Of a stretch of DNA of 64,000 nt, positions 51,173-62,626 are shown piece after piece. The DNA is from a plasmid. Made by a program: the position numbers and the translations under genes. The stretch lies in the sequence record NZ_CP139428.1, one strand, 5' to 3'. The notes under the pieces are model-generated. The model was not told the origin of the DNA. It saw only the letters and a list, made by a program, of their open reading frames with translations, and ran no database searches. The first letter of the stretch is position 1. Each line of letters opens with the position of its first letter.

Positions 51173-52270
51173 ACGCGCTGGACACACCACGATGACAGCG
51201 GTTTTATCCCTTACGCCATCACCACCGGCCTTGATTACGAGGCGATGACCGAACAGCGCAAAGGCTATGAGAACTTTGTTTATCAGAACGGCGTTTACGA
51301 TCTCGGCACCAAAGGTGATATGCGACGTAACGAACGTAACCTGATGTGGAACCTCGATCCCTACATTCAAACGCACTGGCAGCTCACCTCAGCCCTGGGG
51401 CTGGACGCCGGGGCGCGCTATAGCTCGGTATGGTTTGATTCCAACGATCGTTATGTTGTAGGTAAAAATGGTGATGATAGCGGCGAAGCGAGCTATCACA
51501 AGTGGCTTCCGGCGGCAGCGCTGAAGTATGCCATGACGCCGCAGTGGAACGTTTACCTCTCTGCCGGGAGGGGATTTGAAACGCCGACCATTAACGAGCT
51601 GTCCTATCGTCCCGATGGTCAGTCCGGGCTTAACTTTGCTCTGCAACCGGCCACTAACACCACCGTTGAAGCAGGCAGTAAATGGCAGGTGGGCACCGGG
51701 ATGGCGAGCCTGAGCGTCTTCAATACGGACACGAAAAATGAAATTGTCGTTGCCGCCAGCGACAATGGCCGTACGTCCTATCAGAACGCGGGCAAGACGC
51801 GCCGCCGCGGGGTCGAACTGGGATGGGATCAGCAATTTGCGCCCGCCTGGCGCGCCAAACTGGCGTGGACGCTGCTGGATGCGACCTACCGTGAAAACGC
51901 CGGCGATGCTATTCAGAGCGGCAATCGGATCCCGGGGATTGCACGTAATAGCGCCTATGCCTCCTTTGGCTGGGTGCCGGAAGAGGGATGGTACGCTGGC
52001 GCTGAAGTCCGCTATATGAGCGATATTCAGGTCAACGATGCCAATAGCGAGCAGGCTCCAGCCTATACGGTGACGGCACTGAATACCGGCTATAAATATG
52101 TGCTAGATAACTGGACCGTCGACCTCTATACGCGCGTTGATAACCTGTTTGATAAGCGCTACGTCGGCTCTGTTATCGTCAACGAGAGCAACGGACGCTA
52201 TTATGAACCGGCGCCGGGCCGTAACTATGGCGTTGGGCTATCGGTCAGCTATCAGTTTGATTCGCTGTAA
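51173..52270 (+). pseudogene. iroN: truncated TonB-dependent siderophore receptor (iroN-like 3' fragment)
   Basis: C-terminal beta-barrel ending ...SYQFDSL. No N-terminal plug or signal. Usual partner of ISEcp1-blaCTX-M-14-IS903. Confidence 0.7.
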
Positions 52271-52289
52271 CAATACGGCTGCCGGAGAG

Positions 52290-52874
52290 TGCTATTGAGG
52301 TGAGGCTCCGGCAGCGGGTAAAGGCGTTGATTCCTGGTAACAATAAGCTGCTTATTGATGTATCAGTAAGCATGCCGGCAGCCATTGCGCTTGATATAAT
52401 ACTACCCCATATGAGCAAGAGTATTTTCACGGAAAAGCTAGCAGCCAATTTCGGCCTCGCGGCCTTCCCGCTTCTCAATTGAGCATATAATTTTTCCGCA
52501 GCCAAAACCTGCTCAGGTTCAGGCTTGGTCCTTACAGACTGGTATTCAACAATCGAACCATTCTTAGCTATTGGCGTTACATAAGCACTTACCCAATAGT
52601 GGTCGCCATTTTTACAGCGATTTTTTACTAGCCCCATCCATGAGCGGCCAGATTTTAATGTACTCCACATATGCTCAAATGCAGCAGGCGGCATATCTGG
52701 GTGTCTTACGATGTTGTGAGGCTGGCCTAATAGTTCTTCCTCAGTGAAACCACTGATTTTAATGAAGTCAGGATTAACGTACGTGATATGGCTTTGAGGG
52801 GAGGTAGTCGAAAGAATATTGGCATCTTTTGGGAGTTCTAAGTTTCGACCCGTCACTGGTAAATTCTGGCGCAT
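52290..52874 (-). pseudogene. mcp: mcp N-terminal PAS-domain portion (Aer-like), 3' end lost to the ISEcp1 unit
   Basis: HITYVNPDFIKISGFTEEELLGQPHNIVRHPDMP is an Aer-type PAS domain. The 3' boundary is approximate. Confidence 0.65.
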
Positions 52875-52899
52875 AAGAACCTCAAGGGTTGGCTGTTTT

Positions 52900-53183
52900 A
52901 TTTTATTGTTTTCGGCATTAAGCCCAATTTCTTGAGCGTTACGATAAAGCTAGCATGGAAACGATAGGTGCAAGCAAGTTAAGGGTTGCATCGCGCATGT
53001 CAATCTAGGCTATACCCTAACTTGATGTCAGGCAGGGCCGCGCCGCTTCGTCAGAATAGAGTCTGCTTTCCCATTTTTTGACACATGCCCGCGAAGGTTA
53101 TAGATTTCAGCCTGACAGAAATGGGCTTTGAGGCACAACGGAACAGAAAGTGCACTTAAGCCGCCTTCAACCAAGGAGACATC
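52900..53183. promoter_or_regulatory. probable res site / divergent promoters between mcp and tnpR
   Basis: Position by analogy to Tn21/Tn1721. Subsites not mapped. Confidence 0.4.
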
Positions 53184-53744
53184 GTGCAGGGGCACCGCAT
53201 CGGCTACGTCCGGGTCAGCAGCTTTGACCAGAACCCGGAACGCCAGCTGGAACAAACCCAGGTGAGCAAGGTGTTCACCGACAAGGCATCGGGCAAGGAC
53301 ACCCAGCGCCCCCAGCTCGAAGCGCTGCTGAGCTTCGTCCGCGAAGGCGATACAGTGGTGGTGCACAGCATGGATCGGCTGGCCCGCAACCTCGATGACC
53401 TGCGTCGCTTGGTACAGAAGCTGACTCAGCGCGGCGTGCGCATCGAGTTCCTGAAGGAGGGCCTGGTGTTCACTGGCGAGGACTCGCCGATGGCCAACCT
53501 GATGCTGTCGGTGATGGGGGCCTTCGCTGAGTTCGAGCGCGCCCTGATCCGCGAGCGGCAGCGTGAGGGCATCGCCTTGGCCAAGCAGCGTGGCGCGTAC
53601 CGGGGCCGCAAGAAAGCCCTGTCCGATGAGCAGGCTGCTACCCTGCGGCAGCGAGCGACGGCCGGCGAGCCCAAGGCGCAGCTTGCCCGCGAGTTCAACA
53701 TCAGCCGGGAAACCCTCTACCAGTACCTCCGCACGGACGACTGA
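53184..53744 (+). CDS. tnpR: Tn3-family serine resolvase TnpR
   Basis: GYVRVSSFDQNPERQ catalytic Ser. C-terminal HTH. Confidence 0.9.
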   Translation: MQGHRIGYVRVSSFDQNPERQLEQTQVSKVFTDKASGKDTQRPQLEALLSFVREGDTVVVHSMDRLARNLDDLRRLVQKLTQRGVRIEFLKEGLVFTGEDSPMANLMLSVMGAFAEFERALIRERQREGIALAKQRGAYRGRKKALSDEQAATLRQRATAGEPKAQLAREFNISRETLYQYLRTDD

Positions 53745-53747
53745 CAC

Positions 53748-56714
53748 ATGCCGCGTCGCTTGATCCTCTCGGCCACGGAGCGGGACACCCTGCTTGCGCT
53801 GCCGGAAAGCCAGGATGACCTGATCCGCTACTACACCTTCAACGACTCCGACCTGTCGCTGATCCGCCAGCGACGCGGCGACGCCAACCGCCTCGGCTTC
53901 GCCGTGCAGCTCTGCCTGCTGCGCTACCCCGGTTACGCGCTGGGAACCGACAGCGAGCTGCCCGAGCCGGTCATCCTGTGGGTGGCGAAGCAAGTCCAGG
54001 CCGAGCCGGCGAGCTGGGCAAAGTACGGCGAGCGCGACGTGACCCGTCGCGAGCATGCCCAGGAACTGCGCACCTACCTGCAACTGGCCCCGTTCGGCCT
54101 GTCCGACTTCCGCGCCCTGGTGCGCGAGCTAACCGAGCTGGCCCAGCAGACCGACAAAGGCTTGCTGCTGGCCGGTCAGGCCCTGGAGAGCCTACGGCAG
54201 AAACGACGCATCCTGCCGGCGCTGAGCGTGATTGACCGGGCCTGCTCGGAAGCCATTGCGCGAGCCAATCGGCGGGTCTACCGCGCCCTGGTCGAACCAC
54301 TCACGGACTCGCATCGGGCCAAGCTGGACGAGCTGTTGAAGCTCAAGGCCGGCAGCAGCATCACCTGGTTGACCTGGCTGCGCCAGGCACCGCTGAAACC
54401 CAACTCTCGGCACATGCTGGAACACATCGAGCGGCTGAAGACATTTCAGTTGGTGGACTTGCCCGAAGGCCTGGGCCGGCACATCCACCAGAACCGCCTG
54501 CTCAAGCTGGCCCGCGAGGGTGGGCAGATGACGCCCAAAGACCTCGGTAAGTTCGAGCCGCAGCGCCGCTACGCGACCCTGGCCGCCGTGGTGCTGGAGA
54601 GCACCGCGACCGTGATCGATGAGCTGGTCGATCTGCATGACCGCATCCTGGTCAAGCTGTTCAGCGGCGCGAAGCACAAGCATCAGCAGCAGTTCCAGAA
54701 GCAGGGCAAGGCGATCAACGACAAGGTGCGCCTGTACTCCAGGATCGGCCAGGCGCTGCTGGAAGCGAAGGAAAGCGGCAGCGACCCCTATGCCGCCATC
54801 GAGGCGGTGATTCCCTGGGACGAGTTCACCGAGAGCGTCAGCGAGGCCGAGCTGCTGGCCCGGCCGGAAGGCTTCGACCACCTGCACCTGGTCGGCGAGA
54901 ACTTCGCCACCCTGCGCCGTTACACGCCGGCCTTGCTGGAGGTGCTGGAACTGCGCGCCGCGCCGGCCGCGCAAGGCGTGCTGGCAGCCGTGCAGACCCT
55001 GCGTGAGATGAACGCCGACAACCTGCGCAAGGTGCCGGCCGATGCACCCACGGCCTTCATCAAGCCGCGCTGGAAGCCGCTGGTGATCACCCCGGAAGGC
55101 CTCGACCGGAAATTCTACGAAATCTGCGCCCTGTCCGAGCTGAAGAACGCCCTGCGCTCCGGCGACATCTGGGTCAAGGGCTCGCGGCAGTTCCGCGACT
55201 TCGACGACTACCTGCTGCCGGCCGAGAAGTTCGCCGCACTCAAGCGCGAGCAGGCCCTGCCCCTGGCGATCAACCCGAACAGCGACCAGTACCTGGAAGA
55301 GCGTTTGCAGCTGCTGGACGAGCAGTTGGCCACCGTCACCCGCCTGGCCAAGGACAACGAGCTGCCCGATGCCATCCTCACCGAGTCAGGGCTGAAAATC
55401 ACCCCGCTGGATGCGGCGGTGCCGGATCGGGCGCAGGCGCTGATCGACCAAACCAGCCAGTTACTGCCGCGCATCAAGATCACCGAACTGCTGATGGACG
55501 TGGACGACTGGACGGGCTTCAGCCGCCACTTCACCCACTTGAAGGACGGGGCCGAGGCCAAAGACAGGACGTTGCTGCTGTCCGCAATCCTCGGTGATGC
55601 GATCAACCTCGGGCTGACCAAGATGGCCGAGTCGAGCCCCGGCCTGACCTACGCCAAGCTGTCCTGGCTGCAAGCCTGGCACATCCGCGACGAAACCTAT
55701 TCGGCGGCCTTGGCCGAGCTGGTCAACCACCAGTATCGCCACGCCTTTGCCGCCCACTGGGGCGACGGCACGACCTCATCCTCCGATGGCCAGCGCTTCC
55801 GCGCGGGTGGCCGGGGCGAGAGCACCGGGCACGTCAACCCGAAGTACGGTAGCGAGCCGGGACGGCTGTTCTATACCCATATCTCCGACCAGTACGCGCC
55901 GTTCAGCACCCGCGTGGTGAATGTCGGCGTCCGCGATTCCACCTATGTGCTCGACGGCCTGCTGTACCACGAGTCCGACCTGCGGATCGAGGAGCACTAC
56001 ACCGACACGGCCGGCTTCACCGATCACGTCTTTGCCCTGATGCACCTGCTAGGCTTCCGCTTCGCGCCGCGCATCCGCGACCTCGGCGAAACCAAGCTGT
56101 ACGTGCCGCAGGGCGTGCAAGCCTACCCGACGTTGCGCCCGCTGATCGGCGGCACCCTGAACATCAAGCACGTGCGTGCCCACTGGGACGACATCCTGCG
56201 CCTGGCCAGCTCGATCAAGCAGGGCACCGTCACCGCCTCGCTGATGCTGCGCAAGCTCGGCAGCTACCCGCGCCAGAACGGACTGGCCGTGGCCCTGCGC
56301 GAGCTGGGCCGGATCGAGCGCACGCTGTTCATCCTGGACTGGCTGCAAAGTGTTGAACTGCGCCGCCGCGTGCATGCCGGCCTGAACAAAGGTGAGGCGC
56401 GCAACTCGCTGGCCAGGGCGGTGTTCTTCAACCGCCTTGGGGAAATCAGGGATCGGAGCTTCGAGCAGCAGCGCTACCGGGCCAGCGGCCTCAACCTGGT
56501 GACGGCGGCTATCGTGCTGTGGAACACGGTGTACCTGGAACGCGCCACCCAGGGGTTGGTCGAGGCCGGCAAGCCGGTGGACGGCGAGCTGCTGCAATTC
56601 CTGTCGCCGCTGGGCTGGGAGCACATCAACCTAACCGGCGATTACGTCTGGCGGCAGAGCCGCAGACTGGAAGACGGGAAGTTTCGGCCCTTACGGATGC
56701 CCGGAAAACCTTAG
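53748..56714 (+). CDS. tnpA: Tn3-family transposase TnpA
   Basis: 988 aa. Ends in the IRR. Confidence 0.9.
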   Translation: MPRRLILSATERDTLLALPESQDDLIRYYTFNDSDLSLIRQRRGDANRLGFAVQLCLLRYPGYALGTDSELPEPVILWVAKQVQAEPASWAKYGERDVTRREHAQELRTYLQLAPFGLSDFRALVRELTELAQQTDKGLLLAGQALESLRQKRRILPALSVIDRACSEAIARANRRVYRALVEPLTDSHRAKLDELLKLKAGSSITWLTWLRQAPLKPNSRHMLEHIERLKTFQLVDLPEGLGRHIHQNRLLKLAREGGQMTPKDLGKFEPQRRYATLAAVVLESTATVIDELVDLHDRILVKLFSGAKHKHQQQFQKQGKAINDKVRLYSRIGQALLEAKESGSDPYAAIEAVIPWDEFTESVSEAELLARPEGFDHLHLVGENFATLRRYTPALLEVLELRAAPAAQGVLAAVQTLREMNADNLRKVPADAPTAFIKPRWKPLVITPEGLDRKFYEICALSELKNALRSGDIWVKGSRQFRDFDDYLLPAEKFAALKREQALPLAINPNSDQYLEERLQLLDEQLATVTRLAKDNELPDAILTESGLKITPLDAAVPDRAQALIDQTSQLLPRIKITELLMDVDDWTGFSRHFTHLKDGAEAKDRTLLLSAILGDAINLGLTKMAESSPGLTYAKLSWLQAWHIRDETYSAALAELVNHQYRHAFAAHWGDGTTSSSDGQRFRAGGRGESTGHVNPKYGSEPGRLFYTHISDQYAPFSTRVVNVGVRDSTYVLDGLLYHESDLRIEEHYTDTAGFTDHVFALMHLLGFRFAPRIRDLGETKLYVPQGVQAYPTLRPLIGGTLNIKHVRAHWDDILRLASSIKQGTVTASLMLRKLGSYPRQNGLAVALRELGRIERTLFILDWLQSVELRRRVHAGLNKGEARNSLARAVFFNRLGEIRDRSFEQQRYRASGLNLVTAAIVLWNTVYLERATQGLVEAGKPVDGELLQFLSPLGWEHINLTGDYVWRQSRRLEDGKFRPLRMPGKP

Positions 56715-56747
56715 CGTACGATTTTTTCCGAATTCTGCGGGCTCCCC

Positions 56748-57058
56748 GCAAAGGCCGGATTGGCCGGCATCAGCATCGGCCGGGGCAGCAGCTGCAGGCG
56801 CTTGCAGGTGAACTCGCCGTCGACGGTGGCGATGACGATGTCGCCGTGCTGCGCCCGGTAGAAACACTCCACGACCAGCAGGTCGCCGTCGAGGATACCT
56901 GCGTCCTGCATCGATTGCCCCTCGGCGCGCACCAGGTAGGTGCTTTCCGGGTGGCGGATGCAGATGTCGTCCAACGACAGGCGCTGCTCGAGGTAGTCCT
57001 GCGCCGGCGACGGAAACCCGCAGGGCACGCCGGCGTCATAGAAGCGTACCGGCATCAC
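56748..57058 (-). pseudogene. umuD: umuD N-terminal part (S24 peptidase region), fused in frame into transposon IR
   Basis: CGFPSPAQDYLEQ...AEGQSMQDAGILDGDLLVV...TCKRLQL = UmuD Ser/Lys dyad region. The frame runs into the IR (..[11 protein letters not shown]). Confidence 0.8.
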
Positions 57059-58164
57059 ACGGCCTCCGGCGCGCTCTGCCAGGCATCGTCATCCGGGGGC
57101 GTGTCCGCGTCGGCTGAAGCCGCGGCCGGCAGCGCCGCCTGCAGGTAGTGCGTGCGCAGCTGCGCGGTCAATGTGGCCACCACGTCGGGACGGTCACGCA
57201 GCCAGCCGGCGGCCTTCTCGCGCCCCTGGCCGATTTTCTCCCCCTGATACTCGTACCAGGCGCCGGTCTTGAGGATATATTTGGCGTCGACGGCCAGATC
57301 CAGCACTTCGCCCTCGAGAAAGATGCCGGCGCCGAACAGCAGCCGGAACTGCGCCTGGCGGAACGGCGGCGAGACCTTGTTCTTGACCACTTTCACCTTG
57401 GTATCCCGCCCGATGATGGTCTCCCCTTCCTTGACGTTGCCGGCGCCGCGCACGTCGAGACGCACCGAAGCGTAGAACTTGAGGGCGTTGCCGCCGGCGG
57501 TGGTTTCGGGGTTGCCGAACATCACGCCGATCTTCATGCGCAGCTGGTTGATGAAGATCACCACCGTGCGGGTGGTGTTGATGCTGCCCTTCAGCTTTCG
57601 CATCGCCTGGCTCATCATGCGGGCCTGCAGCCCCATCTGGGCGTCGCCGATCTCCCCTTCCAGCTCGTTTTTCGGCACCAGGGCGGCGACGGAATCAACC
57701 ACCACCACGCCGACGGCGCCGGAACGCACCAGGGCGTCACAGATTTCCAGCGCCTGCTCGCCGGTGTCGGGCTGGGAGATGAGGAGTTCACCGATATCGA
57801 CGCCCAGCTGCTGCGCGTAACGCGGATCGAGCGCGTGCTCGGCATCGATAAAGGCGCACTGCAGTCCGGCGCGCTGGGCGCAGGCAATGACCGACAGGGC
57901 GACGGTGGTCTTGCCGGACGACTCGGGGCCGTAGATTTCGGTGATGCGGCCGACCGGCAGGCCGCCGCCGAGTGCGATGTCGAGGCCGAGCGAGCCGGTC
58001 GGGATACGTTCGACAGCCATGCCATGGTTGTCGCCCAGGCGCATGATGGCGCCCTTGCCGAACGCCTTTTCGATGGCGGTGATGGCGCTTTGCAGGGCTT
58101 TAGCGCGACTTTCCTGTGTGCCGGCCGAGTCCTGCGGGGTGCGGGGGCGTGATACGTTGCTCAT
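57055..58164 (-). CDS. recA: RecA recombinase (plasmid-borne, high-GC orthologue)
   Basis: [26 protein letters not shown], complete L1/L2 regions. ~65% identity to E. coli RecA. Stop overlaps the umuD start. Confidence 0.9.
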   Translation of the reverse strand: MSNVSRPRTPQDSAGTQESRAKALQSAITAIEKAFGKGAIMRLGDNHGMAVERIPTGSLGLDIALGGGLPVGRITEIYGPESSGKTTVALSVIACAQRAGLQCAFIDAEHALDPRYAQQLGVDIGELLISQPDTGEQALEICDALVRSGAVGVVVVDSVAALVPKNELEGEIGDAQMGLQARMMSQAMRKLKGSINTTRTVVIFINQLRMKIGVMFGNPETTAGGNALKFYASVRLDVRGAGNVKEGETIIGRDTKVKVVKNKVSPPFRQAQFRLLFGAGIFLEGEVLDLAVDAKYILKTGAWYEYQGEKIGQGREKAAGWLRDRPDVVATLTAQLRTHYLQAALPAAASADADTPPDDDAWQSAPEAV

Positions 58165-58209
58165 CTTGTGTTCTCCTCTGGTCGTAAACCGAATGCGTTA
58201 TTATAATTA

Positions 58210-58229
58210 TACTGTATGCATAACCAGTA
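58210..58229. promoter_or_regulatory. LexA (SOS) box TACTGTATGCATAACCAGTA upstream of recA-umuDC
   Basis: Matches the TACTGT-N8-ACAGTA consensus at 17/20 positions. 46 bp upstream of the recA ATG. Confidence 0.6.
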
Positions 58230-58529
58230 TAATATAAATCTGAGGGGGAATGACAAGCGATAGGGCGCGACTTTCAGCTCTTAGAGGAACAACTCGCTCA
58301 TTTTGCAGTGGATTTTTTTCTGTCTCTCAACTGTTGCTATTTCGCACGATTTCAGAGGGGCTGATCGCTATCTGCCATGTAGCTCCGGGAGACACAAGAT
58401 GTTGTGTCTAATTCAGCTGAATGAGGTACTAAATGCTGTGTTTCCAGGCGTGATTGTCACTTGCTACTGGCGTCATTGTTTGCCAAACTGCATTAAAGTA
58501 ATATGACAAAATGACACATTTTAGGGGCG

Positions 58530-58766
58530 GTGATGACGGGATTTGAGCTGAAACTATGGCGAACGGGACTGGGATGGACACAGGAACGGGCGTCAAAGGA
58601 GTTTGGGATTTCGATGCGTACCTACATCCGCTATGAGCATGCTGATCCACCGAGGGCGATTGAGTTGGCCATTCAGGCGCTGTCTTTGGCGGCGCTGTTA
58701 CCGGAGATTGATGCTCTTCCTGCAGAAACGTTACGACAACGCGTCAGGATGCTGGTAATTAAATGA
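58530..58766 (+). CDS. small XRE-type HTH protein
   Basis: LGWTQERASKEFGISMRTYIRYE. Confidence 0.5.
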   Translation: MMTGFELKLWRTGLGWTQERASKEFGISMRTYIRYEHADPPRAIELAIQALSLAALLPEIDALPAETLRQRVRMLVIK

Positions 58767-58823
58767 ATAGATATTTTAGGATGAATCAACCCCGATGACA
58801 GGGACTAACAGGGAGGTGATATT

Positions 58824-59015
58824 TTGGACATAATACGTTTGGGTGTATTTTCCGCGCTGCTATTTGTGATGGCTGCTGTTTTTTTAATGATGTTCATGGC
58901 GCAGGGTATGCAAACCGAAAACAGGACATCCATTCCCGCTTTAGTTTTCAGTGTTGTCAGTGTTATTGCTGGGGCGCTAACTTTATTAAGTTATATTTTG
59001 TCAGGTCGGAAGTAG
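58824..59015 (+). CDS. small 2-TM membrane protein
   Basis: 63-aa hydrophobic ORF. Confidence 0.3.
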   Translation: MDIIRLGVFSALLFVMAAVFLMMFMAQGMQTENRTSIPALVFSVVSVIAGALTLLSYILSGRK

Positions 59016-59080
59016 CGACGATTTTTTGCCGACTCGTCTCGGTTTAACGAGCCGGCAGTGGAAAGCTTGGTGGCGCTCTA

Positions 59081-60025
59081 TCAGTGGTGAATGTGCGCCA
59101 GGTCGTCGGCCGTCAGCCCGGTCATTTTCATTACCGACTCGCGATCGAGCCCGCTGGCCAGCATGGCGCGGGCGATTTTCAGCGCCGCATCGCGCTCGCC
59201 TTCCTGGCGCCCTTTTTCTTCGCCAAGTTGCAGCCCCTCGATTCGTCCTTCCTGACGTCCTTTCTGGCGCCCTTCTTCTCTCAACTTTTCTGCAATCGTC
59301 ATCAGCGTGTCCTCGTGTTCCGGCACCCGTGATGCCAGGGTTGATAGTAATTCGCCCGGGTTGCGGGTTTCACCAACCTGCAGCATGTAATGCATCAGTG
59401 ATGTCAGCTGCTCCTGAGTAGTGTAACCGGCCAGCAGCAACGTGACCAGCTGTTCCAGCAAATCGGCCAGGTCACGCTGGCGAACGTGTTTTTGCAGCAG
59501 CTCCAGAATGGCGACGCGGCGATGCTGCATGATTTGATCGTCCGGAATGACCGTGACGTCAACGAGTGGAAAATCGCCCCCGTACAACTGGCCGGCCAGC
59601 GCCGGATCACTGAAGCCCTGCAACCAGTTCATCGGATACGGGTAGGGGGTTACCTGACCATGATAGAACAGGACGGGGATCACCAGCGGCAGCTGTTCAT
59701 TGCCGGCAGCCAGATGTCGTTGCATGGCGGCAATGGCATACCGCATCAACCGAAACGCCATGTTTTTGTCCGGCGTCGATTGGTGCTCGATGAGGGCGTA
59801 AATATAGCCGTCGCCTTGCCCGGCCTTCAGCGAATAAAGCACGTCTGAGTAGTACGCACGCAGGTCGTCCTCGACGAATGAGCCGGATTCCAGACGCAGG
59901 GTGCTCAGGTCGCACGCCTGGCGCAACGCCGGCGGCAGGTGTGCGTCCAGAAAGTCGCGGGCGGTTTCCGGATGCGTCAAAAACTGTTTGAACAGCGCGT
60001 CGTGCGCGGTGGGTGTCGTTTTCAT
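59081..60025 (-). CDS. Rpn/YhgA-like recombination-promoting nuclease (PDDEXK_7 transposase_31 family)
   Basis: N-terminal DALFKQFL...YSDVLY, then the ERD/EGR repeat C-terminus typical of Rpn proteins. Confidence 0.7.
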   Translation of the reverse strand: MKTTPTAHDALFKQFLTHPETARDFLDAHLPPALRQACDLSTLRLESGSFVEDDLRAYYSDVLYSLKAGQGDGYIYALIEHQSTPDKNMAFRLMRYAIAAMQRHLAAGNEQLPLVIPVLFYHGQVTPYPYPMNWLQGFSDPALAGQLYGGDFPLVDVTVIPDDQIMQHRRVAILELLQKHVRQRDLADLLEQLVTLLLAGYTTQEQLTSLMHYMLQVGETRNPGELLSTLASRVPEHEDTLMTIAEKLREEGRQKGRQEGRIEGLQLGEEKGRQEGERDAALKIARAMLASGLDRESVMKMTGLTADDLAHIHH

Positions 60026-60116
60026 CGTGGTATCGTAGCATGATCCCTCATTTCGCCCTACTCTCGGTGAAGCGGCTGATATCCTCACCGTTCCTGAACC
60101 GGCGCCGGCCCAGCGA

Positions 60117-61259
60117 CTATCTCTTTTTAGCATTGAGAAATGCATCAGCCATGGATGAGGATATTTTTGTGGCCAAGCTGCCTATCTGTTCCTCTAATGA
60201 ACGTTCTCGTTTCTTTCTATGAAGTACCATTGGACGGGGAGCCGGTTTTTCGTTGTGTGTCGACTGTACGCGGGGCAAGCTGTCCGCGAGTTTCTTTTTT
60301 ACGAAACTGACATTGAATGTTTTTTCTGTGCCACCGATTTTATTAGGAAATACCAGGGTTATTTCATCTTCAGAGTCTTTGACAAAGCAGGTTGTGATGC
60401 GGGTTTCTTTCTTATTATTCTCTAATTCTGACAACAGTTCATTGATTTTCTCATACTCGAGAAGAAGATAGCTTACGCGAAAACGTTTATTAAGATTACC
60501 GTTAACGATAGCCGTCATGTTTTCCTTTTCATCAACAACCAATTCAATGTTTCTTATTGTTAACGTGCCCACAATATGCGGGGTTGATACGGAGGAAATG
60601 GGGGCTTGTGTGGCGGTGGATGTATTTTTCTCTGCGGGATATATCGACATTAAATCGGGCGTGACGTGAGTATCTCGGTGGACATTATCATTATCTTCCT
60701 TTTCTGATACAAGCTCGTAGCGACAGGTGAACGTTCTTTTGCCGTTGTGCGTCTCTACCTTGTTTCTCTCCATGGCGGCAAACACAATGAGATTTTTTAC
60801 ATCCTTTATGTCAACGTGCATTTTTAAAAAATCAGTTGCTCCGAACGTAAATCTGATTGTCGCGCCACGGGTTTCCCCTTGTATCCGTAATGCGCCACTG
60901 GATGTGATGACGCCTTTTTCAATTAAAACGGGTTCCCATCCCGGCGCGCTTGCCAGTTTCATTTGTTTTTTCAATACCGGTTCTGAATGATAACACGGAT
61001 GAATTGGCCAGGGGGGACCTAAGGCATCAAAGAGTACCCGTGAACCGTATGAATTCTCATAATAGAAAACATCCTTGCCACATTTATTGCAAGTGGCATT
61101 GGGCACAGTGAACGAGGTGAAAGAGTCAAATTTATTCGTGGTTGCCTTATGTTTCGGTGTTTTTTTATAGTCATGAGACTCGTATTTTGAAGCATGCTCT
61201 TCATCAACGGTGAGGGGAACAATGCGACCTCTCATTTTTCTGAATATTGTGATACTCAT
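60117..61259 (-). CDS. hypothetical 381-aa protein with N-terminal CxxC...HPCYH zinc-ribbon-like motif
   Basis: GGGAGG RBS. AT-rich. Downstream of the NTase gene. Confidence 0.5.
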   Translation of the reverse strand: MSITIFRKMRGRIVPLTVDEEHASKYESHDYKKTPKHKATTNKFDSFTSFTVPNATCNKCGKDVFYYENSYGSRVLFDALGPPWPIHPCYHSEPVLKKQMKLASAPGWEPVLIEKGVITSSGALRIQGETRGATIRFTFGATDFLKMHVDIKDVKNLIVFAAMERNKVETHNGKRTFTCRYELVSEKEDNDNVHRDTHVTPDLMSIYPAEKNTSTATQAPISSVSTPHIVGTLTIRNIELVVDEKENMTAIVNGNLNKRFRVSYLLLEYEKINELLSELENNKKETRITTCFVKDSEDEITLVFPNKIGGTEKTFNVSFVKKKLADSLPRVQSTHNEKPAPRPMVLHRKKRERSLEEQIGSLATKISSSMADAFLNAKKR

Positions 61260-61497
61260 TGTTCTGGCCTCCCTTGGCAAAAATTACTGCGGTAGTGGTC
61301 GTGATGAGGTGACAACTGTTGCCGGCCACTTCCGGTATGCTCCGAACTGGATGGAGGAAGTATAGCGTTTGCATTGTGTTTCGGTAAAACGCCATTCTGC
61401 CGAGTCAACATAAAAAAGGCCGTCTACAACGGGACGGCCTAAGCGTGAAGCTGGATACGATTTTTCAGCTGAGTAAACCTATAAAAAGATGATCATA

Positions 61498-62625
61498 CTA
61501 ATCAACTTTTGAGTTACTTAAATATTCTCTCATACCCTCATCTATGGAATCCTTATGAAAAAGGGAATTCATTTCGTTGTGAACGGCTGTCAATATTGTA
61601 TCGACTTGCAATGACAGTTTTAGCAGCTCACCCTTTTTTTCATCTGTGTCAAATATCATTCTAGTGCCGTCAGGTACTTCCAGTTTCTTTGCTTCGTCAA
61701 AGTTACGCCATAACCAGTCAAGCCAGCGCTGAGTTTCACCTAGTATTGCAAGCTCGTAGAAGTGGCCTCTTAAGAGGTTGCCCATATCAGCATGATACAT
61801 AATAGAAGCAATATCGAAACTGCTGAGGTTTATTTCTACGCCTTCCTCATGCGCATCTGCTTTAATGTTTTTAAGTAATCTTATTGACTTCCTTAATCCG
61901 CCTAGCGTTGTGTCGCAGCGCCTCTCAATATAATCAATGTGAAGAAATGGCGTATTATAAATACGCTGATTATTCTTTATATTTAGAATTGCAACGCCTC
62001 TGTCAACTTCATTGCCTGTATCCTGATATCTGGCATTATTCCACCAAACAGCCGGGACTACATCCACATCTCTGGCTAAAGAGCCTCCAGTTATTTTTAC
62101 TGCTTTGGAGTTTTCAGTGTGAACCTTTGCAGCCGGGAACGCAGCCCTGAGACTATCTTCAATTTCTTCCCGTAAGATCTGAAGTACATCAACAGCTTGT
62201 TTCTTGGATATAATATAACTGCTTGCTTTACTTCCTTCGTTTGAAAAAATGAATAGCTGTTCATCAATAGTAAGAATGTCTACATCGCTAACGCCTTTGA
62301 TATGGATGTTAAGCGGCACAGAACCCTGCAAACGAAATGAAGCCGTAATTTCCTTTTTTTCCAGTCGGTTAGCAAGCTGGTTTTCTATTCTCTTCCCTGT
62401 TTCGATGCTAACCTTTGTATAAACTGGATCAACTTCCTGCATGGCACCTAATGCATATTTTGTAGCTGATTTCCCGGATGCCCTGCTCTCCCAGGCTTCT
62501 TGTTGCCGGGATTTCTCCAGTAAGATCTCTCTGCTTTCAAGTCCGCTGTCCATTGCAAATATTTCATTTATCCCTCTTCTTCGCGTTCTCAAACGTTCGA
62601 TTCGTGATGAAAAGTTATCGGCCAT
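61498..62625 (-). CDS. cGAS/DncV-like nucleotidyltransferase (CD-NTase/SMODS-type)
   Basis: GS-x9-SDVD motif (QGSVPLNIHIKGVSDVDIL) and second acidic motif RDVDVVPAVW. ~375 aa. Confidence 0.55.
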   Translation of the reverse strand: MADNFSSRIERLRTRRRGINEIFAMDSGLESREILLEKSRQQEAWESRASGKSATKYALGAMQEVDPVYTKVSIETGKRIENQLANRLEKKEITASFRLQGSVPLNIHIKGVSDVDILTIDEQLFIFSNEGSKASSYIISKKQAVDVLQILREEIEDSLRAAFPAAKVHTENSKAVKITGGSLARDVDVVPAVWWNNARYQDTGNEVDRGVAILNIKNNQRIYNTPFLHIDYIERRCDTTLGGLRKSIRLLKNIKADAHEEGVEINLSSFDIASIMYHADMGNLLRGHFYELAILGETQRWLDWLWRNFDEAKKLEVPDGTRMIFDTDEKKGELLKLSLQVDTILTAVHNEMNSLFHKDSIDEGMREYLSNSKVD

Positions 62626-62626
62626 G

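Noticed and set aside
51245-52270. Treating the TonB-dependent receptor ORF as an intact gene
   Set aside because: It lacks a signal peptide and plug domain and begins directly at the IS903 end. It is the usual truncated iroN remnant of the ISEcp1 transposition unit.
59026-59421. ORF 59026-59421 (+) and other ORFs overlapping the Rpn gene
   Set aside because: Antisense to a well-supported Rpn-family gene. Low-complexity product.
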